The position numbers were made by a program, and so were the translations under genes. Shown in pieces: positions 31,572 through 41,228 of a stretch of 64,000 nucleotides of DNA; within the stretch, counting starts at the first letter, position 1; each line of letters opens with the position of its first letter. Below the pieces are notes generated by a model. That model saw only the letters and a list, made by a program, of their open reading frames with translations, did no database searches and had not been told where the DNA came from. Source of the DNA: an uncultured cyanobacterium (GTDB taxonomy: Bacteria > Cyanobacteriota > Cyanobacteriia > Cyanobacteriales > Nostocaceae); contig CAVUDP010000004.1 in the NCBI GenBank assembly GCA_963740315.1, positions 973,415-1,037,414 on the forward strand, given 5' to 3'.

Positions 31572-32051
31572 TTATTGCTTGAAAGTACCTAGTTCTGAAA
31601 TATCAGCCAATATACCTGCGGTAAAGACATTTGCTCTATCTACGTCTTTGACTTTATCAGATATTTCTTGGGCTTTTTCTGGTTCTCCTAGTTCAGCGAA
31701 AATTATTCCTGTGGCAGAATAAGCATTTACATATACTTGGATAATTTGTTCTTGTTCACGCTGAAATAATATTGGCTTTTGATCTTCCCAGTCATCGGGC
31801 AATTTTGCGATTTCTTTAGCTTTCTCTTGAACTTTCTCTGCTGTTTCTAGCGCCATTTGGTATTTTTGCTTGTAATAAAAATATCTATAGGCTGCTATCA
31901 AAACATCTAGTTCTTTGTCCGTTTTAGCTAAAGCTTGACTGATGTATTTTTCGCACTCTGAAGTATTGTCCGAATTGTCCGCTGCTTTTATTAATAGCTG
32001 CTTGATATCTTCGGGTACGTCGTACCAAGTGAATTGTTCTATCTGTGACAT
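31572..32051 (-). CDS. Hypothetical helical (TPR-like) protein of the cox2 cluster, paralog 2
   Basis: Clear paralog of 32144-32626 (shared WYxVPED, AYRYFYYKQ, LPDDWE); start at 32051. Confidence 0.8.
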   Translation of the reverse strand: MSQIEQFTWYDVPEDIKQLLIKAADNSDNTSECEKYISQALAKTDKELDVLIAAYRYFYYKQKYQMALETAEKVQEKAKEIAKLPDDWEDQKPILFQREQEQIIQVYVNAYSATGIIFAELGEPEKAQEISDKVKDVDRANVFTAGILADISELGTFKQ

Positions 32052-32143
32052 AGTTTTAACTTTCTTTGATGAAGTGATGAAGTGAATAAATGAAGTGAAC
32101 AAGAAAGAAGATTTTGGATTAAAGATAAAATCCAATGAGGATA

Positions 32144-32626
32144 TTAGTCATCTTCTTCTGGAGGACGTGTTAAAACATCAAACAATACTCCTGCGCCAAA
32201 GTCGTTTTTGTCGTCTATCTCTTTGACTTTATGACATATTTCTTTGGCTTCTTGTTCTTTTCCTAATATAGCTAAAATTAGACCTGTTGCAGCATAAGAA
32301 TTCAAATATAGTCGGATAATTTGTTCTTCTTTTCTTTTAATTAATACTGGTTTTAGTTTTTCCCAATCATCAGGTAATTTTTCGGTTTGTTTAACTCTTT
32401 CTTGAACTTTTTCTGCTGTTTCCAGCGCCATTTGATAATTTTGCTTGTAATAAAAATATCTATAAGCCGAGATTAAAACGTCTAAATTATTTCCCGTTTT
32501 AGCTAAAGCTTGATTAATGTATTTTTCGGACTCTGAGGTATTTTCCCAATTGTCTGCGGCTAATACTAATAACTGCTTGACATCTTCGGGTACCTCGTAC
32601 CAGGAGAATTCGTCTGTGTTTTGCAT
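32144..32626 (-). CDS. Hypothetical helical (TPR-like) protein of the cox2 cluster, paralog 1
   Basis: Start MQNTDE at 32626 (upstream extension is repeat DNA); directly downstream of coxC. Confidence 0.8.
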   Translation of the reverse strand: MQNTDEFSWYEVPEDVKQLLVLAADNWENTSESEKYINQALAKTGNNLDVLISAYRYFYYKQNYQMALETAEKVQERVKQTEKLPDDWEKLKPVLIKRKEEQIIRLYLNSYAATGLILAILGKEQEAKEICHKVKEIDDKNDFGAGVLFDVLTRPPEEDD

Positions 32627-32766
32627 GGTTTGATTTAAGGAGAGGGGAGAGGGGGAGATGGGGAGAGGGGGAGAGGGGGACAAAGGGACAAGGAGAAATG
32701 TCAATTCCTAACTCTTAACTCCTCACTCCTAACTCCGTGAGCTATGCCCAATCCCCCATTCCTTAT

Positions 32767-33357
32767 TTAAAATTTAGTAAGTATATAAAGCAGAGTGAAA
32801 AGCACAATCCAGATGATATCTACAAAGTGCCAGTAGATTTCTGCCATCTCGATTCCGGTATGTTTGTGTTCGCTGTAATGTCCGGTGCGACGGGAACGCC
32901 ATAATACACCTAAAATTAACAAGACTCCGATGAAGACGTGTAAGCCGTGGAATCCTGTCATTAGATAAAAACAGTTTGAGAATAAATTGCTAGTCATTCC
33001 GTATCCTAATGTCAGATACTCGTAAACTTGACCTAGCAAGAAAATAATTCCCATGAATGCGGTAATTTTGTACCATTTCCGCATTCCTTTAACATCATTC
33101 TTTTTAATAGCTGAATCGCCGAAGTGAATGACGAAACTGCTTGATACTAGAATGATGGTGTTGATAGTTGGTAACAATAACTCTACTTCTGTTCCTTCGG
33201 GAGGCCAAGTTGCAGTAGTTCCTCTATAGAACAAATAAGTAGCAAAGAATCCACCAAACATTAAAGATTCCGAAATTAGGAAAGTTATTAATCCTATAAC
33301 TCGCAAATCGGCGTGTTCTTCGTGTTGCGCTGGTGACTTTTCTGTGGCGATCGCCAT
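32767..33357 (-). CDS. coxC: Heme-copper oxidase subunit III
   Basis: FLISESLMF, TGFHGLHV, YWHFVD; probable start MAIATE at 33357. Confidence 0.95.
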   Translation of the reverse strand: MAIATEKSPAQHEEHADLRVIGLITFLISESLMFGGFFATYLFYRGTTATWPPEGTEVELLLPTINTIILVSSSFVIHFGDSAIKKNDVKGMRKWYKITAFMGIIFLLGQVYEYLTLGYGMTSNLFSNCFYLMTGFHGLHVFIGVLLILGVLWRSRRTGHYSEHKHTGIEMAEIYWHFVDIIWIVLFTLLYILTKF

Positions 33358-33417
33358 TTTGTATCCCCCATTCAATTTTGGATTTTAGATTTTGGATTTT
33401 GGATTTTAGGTTTTAGC

Positions 33418-33526
33418 CTCGTTCCCAGCCTCCAGGCTGGGAATGCATTCTCCGAGGCTCTGCCTCTTTTGCAGATTGGAGGCAAAGCCTCCAGAAGAGT
33501 ATTACAAGGCTCTGCCTTGTAACAAG
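33418..33526. repeat. Palindromic MITE-like element between coxA and coxC
   Basis: Nested hairpins TTCCCAGCCT..AGGCTGGGAA, GGAGGC..GCCTCC and TTACAAGGC..GCCTTGTAA. Confidence 0.6.
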
Positions 33527-33544
33527 ATTCATGTTTAACGTGTT

Positions 33545-34288
33545 TTAAGCAGTTACTTCTGTTATGGGTTCCAAAGGTTCACCTTCTGTCACTACACCGT
33601 AATCGTAAGGGCCGTGAGTAACTACTGGTAATTCTGCCCAGTTTTCAATGGCTGGTGGTGAAGCGGTTGTCCATTCTAATGTCAGAGCATTCCAAGGATT
33701 ATCACCGGCTTTTGCTCCAGCCATCCAACTCCAAATAACATTGATGGTGAAAGGAATTACGGATACTGCTAACAGATAAGCACCATAAGTACAAAGCTGA
33801 TTGATAGCTTCAAATTGTGGATCGTACATGGCAACTCGACGAGGCATTCCTTGTAAACCCAGTTCGTGCATGGGTAAAAAGGTTAAGTTGGTGCCGATGA
33901 AGGTAAGAACAAAGTGAATTTGACCTAATCTTTCATTCATCATTCTTCCGGTCATTTTAGGGAACCAATGGTATATCGCAGCGTAAATACCAAATACGGA
34001 ACCGCCAAATAAGACGTAGTGGAAGTGAGCAACTACATAATATGTATCGTGAACGTGTCCGTCGAATGGTGCTGTACCCAAGGTAACGCCACCGATTCCA
34101 CCTAAAACGAACATCATCAATAAGCCGATAGCGAACAGCATCGCGCTGGTATAGCGGATTTTTCCTTGCCACAGAGTCGCCACCCAACTAAAGATTTTGA
34201 TTCCGGTAGGAACTGCAACTATCAGGGTGGAGATGGTAAAAAACATCCGCATCCAGCCGGGGGTTCCGCTGGTGAACATATGATGAAC
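33545..34288 (-). CDS. coxA: Heme-copper oxidase subunit I, 3' segment of the interrupted gene
   Basis: (VHH)MFTSGTPGW, VPTGIKIFSW, HDTYYVVAHFHYV (heme ligands), GMPRR. Confidence 0.95.
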   Translation of the reverse strand, partial: VHHMFTSGTPGWMRMFFTISTLIVAVPTGIKIFSWVATLWQGKIRYTSAMLFAIGLLMMFVLGGIGGVTLGTAPFDGHVHDTYYVVAHFHYVLFGGSVFGIYAAIYHWFPKMTGRMMNERLGQIHFVLTFIGTNLTFLPMHELGLQGMPRRVAMYDPQFEAINQLCTYGAYLLAVSVIPFTINVIWSWMAGAKAGDNPWNALTLEWTTASPPAIENWAELPVVTHGPYDYGVVTEGEPLEPITEVTA

Positions 34289-34334
34289 AATTGAAATCTT
34301 CGGTTAGCAAAAGTTTAAAGCTTATTTTAATGAC

Positions 34335-34435
34335 TATTCTCTATATATTCCTTAAATAGTTATTTATCTGATGTCTACAATTACTTAAATTAGGTTATTT
34401 ATATCTAATTATATTCGCTATATATTCCTTGAAAA
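34335..34435. promoter_or_regulatory. Putative recombinase arm-type sites (two 24-bp copies; third copy at 35949-35972)
   Basis: TATTCTCTATATATTCCTTAAATA (34335), TATTCGCTATATATTCCTTGAAAA (34412), CATTCCCTAAATATTCCTTAAATA (35949). Confidence 0.6.
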
Positions 34436-34556
34436 AATATTTTTGTAATCATTATAAATTATGTATCTATATAGACAATAAAAAGCTTGAAAATAATTCC
34501 ATTTTACTTCCAAGCTTTGTTGATTATGTCTAAATATAAGATGATTTTGAGATTTA

Positions 34557-35951
34557 CTATCTAAGACTAATTTGCAATTTATACTTTTCCAATTCTAAGG
34601 TTAAAAGTTTTACTTGATTTTGTAATTCAATATTTTTGTTTCTAAGTATTTCCAATTCATCTTTTTCACTTAAAGCTGTATTAATCGCTTTCTTACGATT
34701 ATAAAATGAAAACCATTTTTGATAAACCTTTGTATGCATCTCTATAGAATGCCCTAAATTGTCTGCTGCGGCTTTAAGAGGTATTCCTTGTAAATGCGCT
34801 CTGATAGCACAAGCATGACGTAAATCGTAAGGTCTAAATTCTAATCCCACTCTTTTAAACCATTGAGAATTTTTATCTACTATAATTGTTAATTGTGAAG
34901 AACACTTAATTAGATCGATTCTTTGTTTAAGTAATTCAAGTGACTGTTTATTCTTTAAATCAAATAGTTCAATCCATTCTGGTATAAAGGGTAATACTTC
35001 TCGCGCTCCCGTTTTATTGTCATTGTGAACTTTCCAAGTATTATCGATGTTATCTTCACTCGTAAACCAATCAATATCGGGTTGATTGAATACTTCTCTT
35101 GGGCGCAATCCATAAGTAGCTATTAAACCATAAGCCAATCTATATATTAAATAAGTATTCCAATAAGGCTTTTTTTTCTGTTCGTCTGTTTCGCAGTATT
35201 TATTAAATGCATAAAATCCATTAATGATTATCTTATCTTGAGGGATATCTCTTTTTTTTACTTTAATAGGAAGCTTGAGTGTTTTAAAGTCAATCTCTAT
35301 TTCTAAGTATTTACAAACAATGCTAGCTACTTTTAGTGCTTGAAATCTTTTGCTGCTTGACTCAATTTTTTTAAGCGAGATTTCTATATTGCTTTTATTT
35401 GCAATCAAATCAAATGGGAATTCTCGTTTGAATACTTTTTTATATTCAGTTAATGTATGTTCGCTTTTAATATCTCTTTTTCTCGACTTAAAAAATATAT
35501 CTTCAAACTGTTCGTATATCTCACCAAAAGTTATATCAACATTCTGAGAAATTTTACATCCTAAATATTTATCATTCCACTCGAAACACTTTCTGGATAT
35601 TAATCTACTTAATTCATAAGCTTCTTCTTCTGCTGTTCTTAATCCATCTAAGTTTGCCGGTATATTAAGCGATATTTGATACTGCTTTGTTTTTCTACCT
35701 TTTATATTAATGTCATCCGGCTTAAGCGGTAGCGTCGCTCGTAGCTGTATTGCATTACCTTTCATTGTCAGCGAAACTCTTGCTTTGATTTCTTTAAGTC
35801 GCAAATTAGCTTCTCTTAATTTTTCTTCTATCTTCATTCTCATATGAGCTTCTTGTTCTTTGGCTGCTTTGTTTATGCCTAAATAGCTACCGTCTGTTGT
35901 TGCTGATGACTCGAAATCTTCAAATGCTTCTTGGTAGATGTCTGCTTTCAT
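34557..35951 (-). CDS. XisA/XisC-like tyrosine site-specific recombinase (excisase)
   Basis: YGLRPRE (R), NKTG (K), YDLRHA, NLGHS, HTKVYQKW (Y); N-terminal LRATLPLKP...LNIPANLDGL segment typical of Xis proteins. Confidence 0.93.
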   Translation of the reverse strand: MKADIYQEAFEDFESSATTDGSYLGINKAAKEQEAHMRMKIEEKLREANLRLKEIKARVSLTMKGNAIQLRATLPLKPDDINIKGRKTKQYQISLNIPANLDGLRTAEEEAYELSRLISRKCFEWNDKYLGCKISQNVDITFGEIYEQFEDIFFKSRKRDIKSEHTLTEYKKVFKREFPFDLIANKSNIEISLKKIESSSKRFQALKVASIVCKYLEIEIDFKTLKLPIKVKKRDIPQDKIIINGFYAFNKYCETDEQKKKPYWNTYLIYRLAYGLIATYGLRPREVFNQPDIDWFTSEDNIDNTWKVHNDNKTGAREVLPFIPEWIELFDLKNKQSLELLKQRIDLIKCSSQLTIIVDKNSQWFKRVGLEFRPYDLRHACAIRAHLQGIPLKAAADNLGHSIEMHTKVYQKWFSFYNRKKAINTALSEKDELEILRNKNIELQNQVKLLTLELEKYKLQISLR

Positions 35952-36056
35952 TCCCTAAATATTCCTTAAATATATGTTGCTGGCAAACAATGTTTATTAT
36001 TTACAATGTCTGTCATATAACAATTTACGATTTTTAAGGAATTCTAGTCAATAGGA

Positions 36057-36988
36057 AACATATGATGAACCCACACAAACAAGCCCACAACGCAAATCGC
36101 CAAACTGGAATAGGCGATCGCCTTATATCCAAAGATGGGTTTGCGTGCGTGAACCGGAATCACTTCGGAGAGAATTCCGAAGATAGGCAGAATCATTAAA
36201 TAAACTGCCGGATGAGAGTAAAACCAGAATAAATGCTGATAAATAACGACATTACCGCCTTCATCTGGTTTAAAGAAGGAAGTACCGAAGTTGATATCAA
36301 ATAACAGCAATACTAAACCAGCAGCTAGTACTGGTGTAGAAACGAGTGCCAACAATGAAGTAGCTAAAATTGCCCAGCAAAACAAGGGTAATTCATCCCA
36401 CTTCATAGAAGGGACTTTCATCTTCCAGATGGTAACAACGAAGTTCAGCGAACCCAAAATTGAGGAACTTCCGACTAAAACAATAGCGAGAATCCACATA
36501 CTTTGAGCGGTATTAGCCGTTACCAAGCTTAAGGGTGGATAGGCTGTCCATCCTGATTGAGAACCACCAAAGAAGAAACTACCTAAAACCAATGCACCGG
36601 CGGGTGGATTTAACCAAAAGGCTACAGCATTCAGTTTAGGGAAAGCCATATCCCTAGCACCAACCATCAACGGTATTAAATAGTTACCAAAGCCACCAAT
36701 CGCGCTGGGCACAATCCAGAGAAAAATCATGATTGTCCCATGATTCGTCAAAAAAGCATTATACAGATTGGGGTCGAGTAAATCTGCATCCGGTGTCGCC
36801 AATTCGGCACGCATGGCTACAGCCATCAATCCACCGATGAGATAGAAAATAAACGATGTCACCAGGTATTGGATTCCAATTACCTTGTGATCTACATTAA
36901 ATGTGAAATAGTCATACCACTTCCATGCTTCGGGATGAGCATGAGCAGCCACTTCAGTTGTAGTTTGTGGATGTTCTAATTGAGTCAT
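36057..36988 (-). CDS. coxA: Heme-copper oxidase subunit I, 5' segment of the interrupted gene
   Basis: DHKVIG, HGTIM, GWTAYPPL, WFYSHPAVY, VWVHHMF; unrearranged ORF runs three codons (PID) into the element and stops at 36044. Confidence 0.95.
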
Positions 36989-37105
36989 TCGATTTTGGAT
37001 TTTGGATTTTGGATTTTGGATTGTCTTGAAAGGGGAGAGTGGGTAGAGGGAGTAGAGGGGTAGAAGTAAGAATAACTCTTAACCTCTAAGATGCAGATCT
37101 ATTCT

Positions 37106-38083
37106 CTATTTCTGAATTTGAGCGAGAGTTGCTGGGTTAATGCCCATCTCCGAACTGTAGGGAGTAAGGTATTCGGATGTTGATAATTGTGCGGGGTTAA
37201 GTGCGACTGTTTGTGATTCTTGCTGTGCAATGCGGTTTTCTTGCAACCAGCTTTCGTATTCGTCTTTTGTGTGAACGATTACTTTACTTCTCATTGCACC
37301 GTGATAAGCGCCACATAATTCTGTACAAACTACGGGATAGGTTCCCGGTTTGGTAGCGACAAATCGTAATTCGGTTGTCATTCCAGGAATTGCATCTTGC
37401 TTTAAACGGAATTGCGGTACCCAAAATGAGTGAATTACGTCTGTTGCTGCAATGTTCAACTCTACGTCAGCGCCGACTGGAACGTGTAATTCACCCGATG
37501 TGACGTTATCTTCGGGATAACTAAAGATCCACGCAAACTGCATTCCGGTAACATCTACAGTTACGTCTGCTGCTTTACTTTGTTGTTCGGGTGAGCCTTT
37601 GATACCAACCTTTTGAGTGGCTAAAGGTGCTGCTTCTGATGAAATTATCGGAGCTTGACTGATTGTGGCTGCAATTGCACTTCCACTATCATGATGAGCC
37701 TCAACGATCGCAGGGCTAGATGATGGGAATCCTCCCATTTGCTTGTAAACATCTACGCTGTAGATACCCAAAGCAAAAACTATTAGAGTCGGAATTGCAG
37801 TCCAAAATATTTCTAAAGGAACGTTTCCTTCAATTGGTGGCCCGTCTGTCTCGTCGCCTTTACGCTGACGAAAATGAATCGCGAAAAATAGGATTGTTCC
37901 TTCTACGATTAAGAATAAAGCAATGGCGATCGCGAACATGACGTTGAAGAAGTTGTCTACTAAAATCGCTTGTTCGGATGCTTGTACTGGCAATAGACTA
38001 TGAGTTTGACTAGCCCAGATACCTGCAAGGGTGACTAAGGCTCCGGCAACTAGGGTTAATAATGAAACAGGAATTTGTTGCAT
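37106..38083 (-). CDS. coxB: Heme-copper oxidase subunit II
   Basis: DVIHSFWVP and CTELCGAYHGAM CuA motif. Confidence 0.96.
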   Translation of the reverse strand: MQQIPVSLLTLVAGALVTLAGIWASQTHSLLPVQASEQAILVDNFFNVMFAIAIALFLIVEGTILFFAIHFRQRKGDETDGPPIEGNVPLEIFWTAIPTLIVFALGIYSVDVYKQMGGFPSSSPAIVEAHHDSGSAIAATISQAPIISSEAAPLATQKVGIKGSPEQQSKAADVTVDVTGMQFAWIFSYPEDNVTSGELHVPVGADVELNIAATDVIHSFWVPQFRLKQDAIPGMTTELRFVATKPGTYPVVCTELCGAYHGAMRSKVIVHTKDEYESWLQENRIAQQESQTVALNPAQLSTSEYLTPYSSEMGINPATLAQIQK

Positions 38084-38481
38084 AGCGATTTTTTGTATAA
38101 AATTTCGTGTAATCTGGTGATGAATGCGGTTATGTTGAGACGAAAGCTATTCACTTCTTACATTTATTCGCTTGTTTAATCTCAAAAGAACAGTTAATTA
38201 TGTCAGAAGATACGCTTGTAAGTTGATTTCGCTACGAATTTTATACTTTTCAACAACTTAAAACAATTCTACTTTTTCACCATTATTTTTAAGATAGCTT
38301 AATTGTGCTAACTTAATCATGAATTTAAAATTAATTTTACAAATTGGCTTTGCCGAGCAATGAGCAACCATTTATAAATAAGTTTATTATTCATGAGACT
38401 AGACTAATTGCAACTTTGTATTTGTTAAATTAACCTTCTTTATAATTCACTGTTTTGTTTATTACGAACTATTTTAATACA

Positions 38482-38495
38482 GTAAGGATTTTCAC
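38482..38495. promoter_or_regulatory. Possible NtcA-type site (GTA-N8-CAC)
   Basis: GTAAGGATTTTCAC in the coxB-patB divergent intergenic region; one mismatch to GTA-N8-TAC and no well-placed -10 box seen. Confidence 0.3.
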
Positions 38496-39092
38496 ATCAT
38501 AGCAATAATAATCATTCATATAAGCATACCAATAATAATTATGACTTCGGTACTGTAACTTGATAATATCTATCAAGCAGTATTATAAAAGTGTAGTGAA
38601 AAAGACAATCATATATAATCTAGTATTAAATACCTATTCTTTTTTCTTTAAAAAAATCAATTAATTATGAAGATTGCGTGAAGTATATGTTAAGATAGTA
38701 AATAGACTCAAATAAAAATAAATAATAATTTGTGTCGAAAATGATTAATAAATAAGTTGTTCTTTGAGAACAATTGAAATTGGCTTTATGTTATGAAGGG
38801 ATAGTTTCTTCTAAAACTTATAGAAATAATAGAAAAAATCGTTCATAGCTCATTACGAACAAAACTTTTTATTAACTTTATGAAAACTATAAATAACGAA
38901 GTGTGAAATACAGGACTCATTAATACTTGTAATTAACTTCCTTGAATAATCGGAAGTACATATACAGATGTGAATCTGGATTGCGATCGGAAAACTATTA
39001 TTCCGTTCGTATGTAGTGACGAGAAAATATTAAAAACGCATCTACTAAGACTTGAGCCAAACGTCGCAAGAAGTTAAGTGGCAAATAGCCTT

Positions 39093-40682
39093 ATGCCTTA
39101 TACAATTTCTAATAACAGTTGTGCTGGATGCGATAAATGTCGTTTCCAGTGTCCAACAGGTGCTATCAAAATCGATAATGGTGAATATTGGATAGATCCT
39201 CATTTATGTAACAATTGCGAGGGTTATTATTCAGAACCCCAGTGTGTATCTGCTTGTCCAAGTAAATCACCAATCCCATTACAAGTAAAAAAAGGAAGGT
39301 GCAAGATTGACGATAGAGAATTAACTAGTTCCGATTTATTTTTTAACGGTAAAAGTAATCCATTTGCATCGGGTATTCCAGTTTGGGAAGCTTGTAACGT
39401 GCTATCTCAAAGGGCATCTTTACCTTGGAAAATCGATGAAAATAAGCAAGTGTATTACAGCAAACAGATAAATCAAGGAAAGGGAAAAATTGGTTTTCAT
39501 ATTAACAGTTCTCCTGAAGGATACGAACTAGCAACAGATTTGGAAGTAGTTGAAGAACTTGATATTCGGGCTGCTTGCGTGCATCTAATTTTTGCAGCTT
39601 ATGCAACTTTCTCAGAAAACCCCTGCGAGGAAGAGTTTGTTGTAGATGATAAGCAAATAGAGAAGTATTTAGGGTTAGAAAAACGCAAAGACTTGAACAA
39701 AACCACAAAATTGGCTTTGATGAAAAGTTTAGTTTTGCAAGCTTGTTCGTTAATGCTTTCTATAGATTTGCCTCAACAAGGACGTATTAAACCTATTTTC
39801 TTAGAAAAAAGTAAACTTTGGGATTTAACAGGAATTCAGCATCATTTTCAACATGACGAACTAGGGTGTAAATATCTGATTGGTTTAACATTTAGAGTCA
39901 AAGCTGGTGATTGGGCACATTTTTTCTTAAATAAAGAAGCTTGCAAAGAGCGAACGGCTTTTTATCAATATGGTAATTTACCTAAATCTTTGCTGACTAC
40001 AGTTATGAGTATTTGGCAGCAACATGAAGGTGCTGCACGGCTGATGATGTGGTTAATGTTCAAAGCAAAAATGGGTAAACAACAACGCATTACAGTACCC
40101 ACACTAATGCGAGTTGCATATGGCGATCGCAAAGTCGCGATCGCTTGCAGACAAAGGGAAGAAAGAAAACGACTGCTGCGAACTTATGAAGGCGATTTAG
40201 AAACTTTGTCTCATCACGGAATGAAGCCTATCTTCGATCCAGTTAGCTATCCAGAGCCAATTCAACCATTGTGGGCAAAATTAGCCGACATTCCCGAAGA
40301 TCCAGACGAAGCCATAGAATTTTGGACTAACGATGGTAATGAAGGAAGAAGGCTAACCGATGTAAGTCCCCGTGGTAAGTGGAAAATGCTGATGAATGCG
40401 AGAATTTTAGCCTTTGAAATGTCAGCAAAATGGGATCAGCCAAATCTGACGGCAAGGAAAAAACAGCAGCAAACTACTAAAAAAAGAAGAAGCATTAAAA
40501 CAGCAGGTGGTTTGCTTGGGGAACAGATACGTTTAGCAAGAAAAAATTTAAGTATTTCTCAAAGGGAACTAGCAAAGCTAATGGGTAAAAGTCAAAGTTG
40601 GATTCGAGATATAGAAAATGGTCGTCTTAGAGTCAAAATAGAAGATCAGTTAGTTTTACGTAGACTCCTAAAAATAGCTTAA
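39093..40682 (+). CDS. patB: PatB/CnfR: ferredoxin-domain plus XRE-HTH activator of nif genes
   Basis: N-terminal 2x[4Fe-4S] motifs (CAGCDKCRFQCP; CNNC...CVSACP), C-terminal HTH (ISQRELAKLMGKSQSWIRDIENG); 529 aa from ATG 39093; divergent from coxBAC. Confidence 0.92.
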   Translation: MPYTISNNSCAGCDKCRFQCPTGAIKIDNGEYWIDPHLCNNCEGYYSEPQCVSACPSKSPIPLQVKKGRCKIDDRELTSSDLFFNGKSNPFASGIPVWEACNVLSQRASLPWKIDENKQVYYSKQINQGKGKIGFHINSSPEGYELATDLEVVEELDIRAACVHLIFAAYATFSENPCEEEFVVDDKQIEKYLGLEKRKDLNKTTKLALMKSLVLQACSLMLSIDLPQQGRIKPIFLEKSKLWDLTGIQHHFQHDELGCKYLIGLTFRVKAGDWAHFFLNKEACKERTAFYQYGNLPKSLLTTVMSIWQQHEGAARLMMWLMFKAKMGKQQRITVPTLMRVAYGDRKVAIACRQREERKRLLRTYEGDLETLSHHGMKPIFDPVSYPEPIQPLWAKLADIPEDPDEAIEFWTNDGNEGRRLTDVSPRGKWKMLMNARILAFEMSAKWDQPNLTARKKQQQTTKKRRSIKTAGGLLGEQIRLARKNLSISQRELAKLMGKSQSWIRDIENGRLRVKIEDQLVLRRLLKIA

Positions 40683-40706
40683 AAAAGCAATATTTTTTAT
40701 TTAGTT

Positions 40707-41228
40707 TTACCCAATCTGGCATGAATCGGGTTTTTTGTTATGCATTTCCATTACATAATCATCCATCACAAAGCCACTGCCTATATCCGTAACCACATCA
40801 TCAACAATCTTAAAGCCAACATTTTTATAAAAAGCGATGCTGTTTGAATTATTTTTGTTTACTGTCAATTGAATAACAGAATTGCTAAAAGTGCTTTTGA
40901 TAAATTCAATTCCCTGCTTACCAATACCTTTTCCTCGCCAGGATTTTAGAACGTATAATTTGCTCAAAAATAATTTTTCCCCTTTATCTTTGACGGAAAA
41001 ATACCCGGCTTCTACTTGCTTATCAATTTGGCGATCGATAATTAGATAATATCTATACCCTTCATTTATTTGCTGTTGTATAGCATCTTCACTTTGAAAC
41101 TTCTCCAACATATATAAAACCTGATTACTTCCAATCATTGGTAAATAATGCTCGTGCCAAATATCCCTTGCTAACCTTGAAACTTGAGCAATAGTATTAA
41201 TATCATCAACAATTTTGAATTCAAGCAT
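40707..41228 (-). CDS. GNAT family N-acetyltransferase
   Basis: KLYV...RGKGIG, NSIAFYKNVGF. Confidence 0.9.
   Translation of the reverse strand: MLEFKIVDDINTIAQVSRLARDIWHEHYLPMIGSNQVLYMLEKFQSEDAIQQQINEGYRYYLIIDRQIDKQVEAGYFSVKDKGEKLFLSKLYVLKSWRGKGIGKQGIEFIKSTFSNSVIQLTVNKNNSNSIAFYKNVGFKIVDDVVTDIGSGFVMDDYVMEMHNKKPDSCQIG

Larger units (their letters stand above)
34275..36070 (-). mobile_element. Excision (interruption) element in coxA; 1782 bp would be excised
   Basis: Perfect 14-bp direct repeat AACATATGATGAAC at 34275-34288 and 36057-36070; contains one tyrosine recombinase gene; AT-rich; removal restores the reading frame. Confidence 0.93.

Noticed and set aside
33545..36988. coxA as a dead pseudogene, or split by an intron, intein or IS
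   Set aside because: Both halves are intact and rejoin in frame at a 14-bp direct repeat; the insert encodes a tyrosine recombinase rather than a reverse transcriptase, homing endonuclease or DDE transposase
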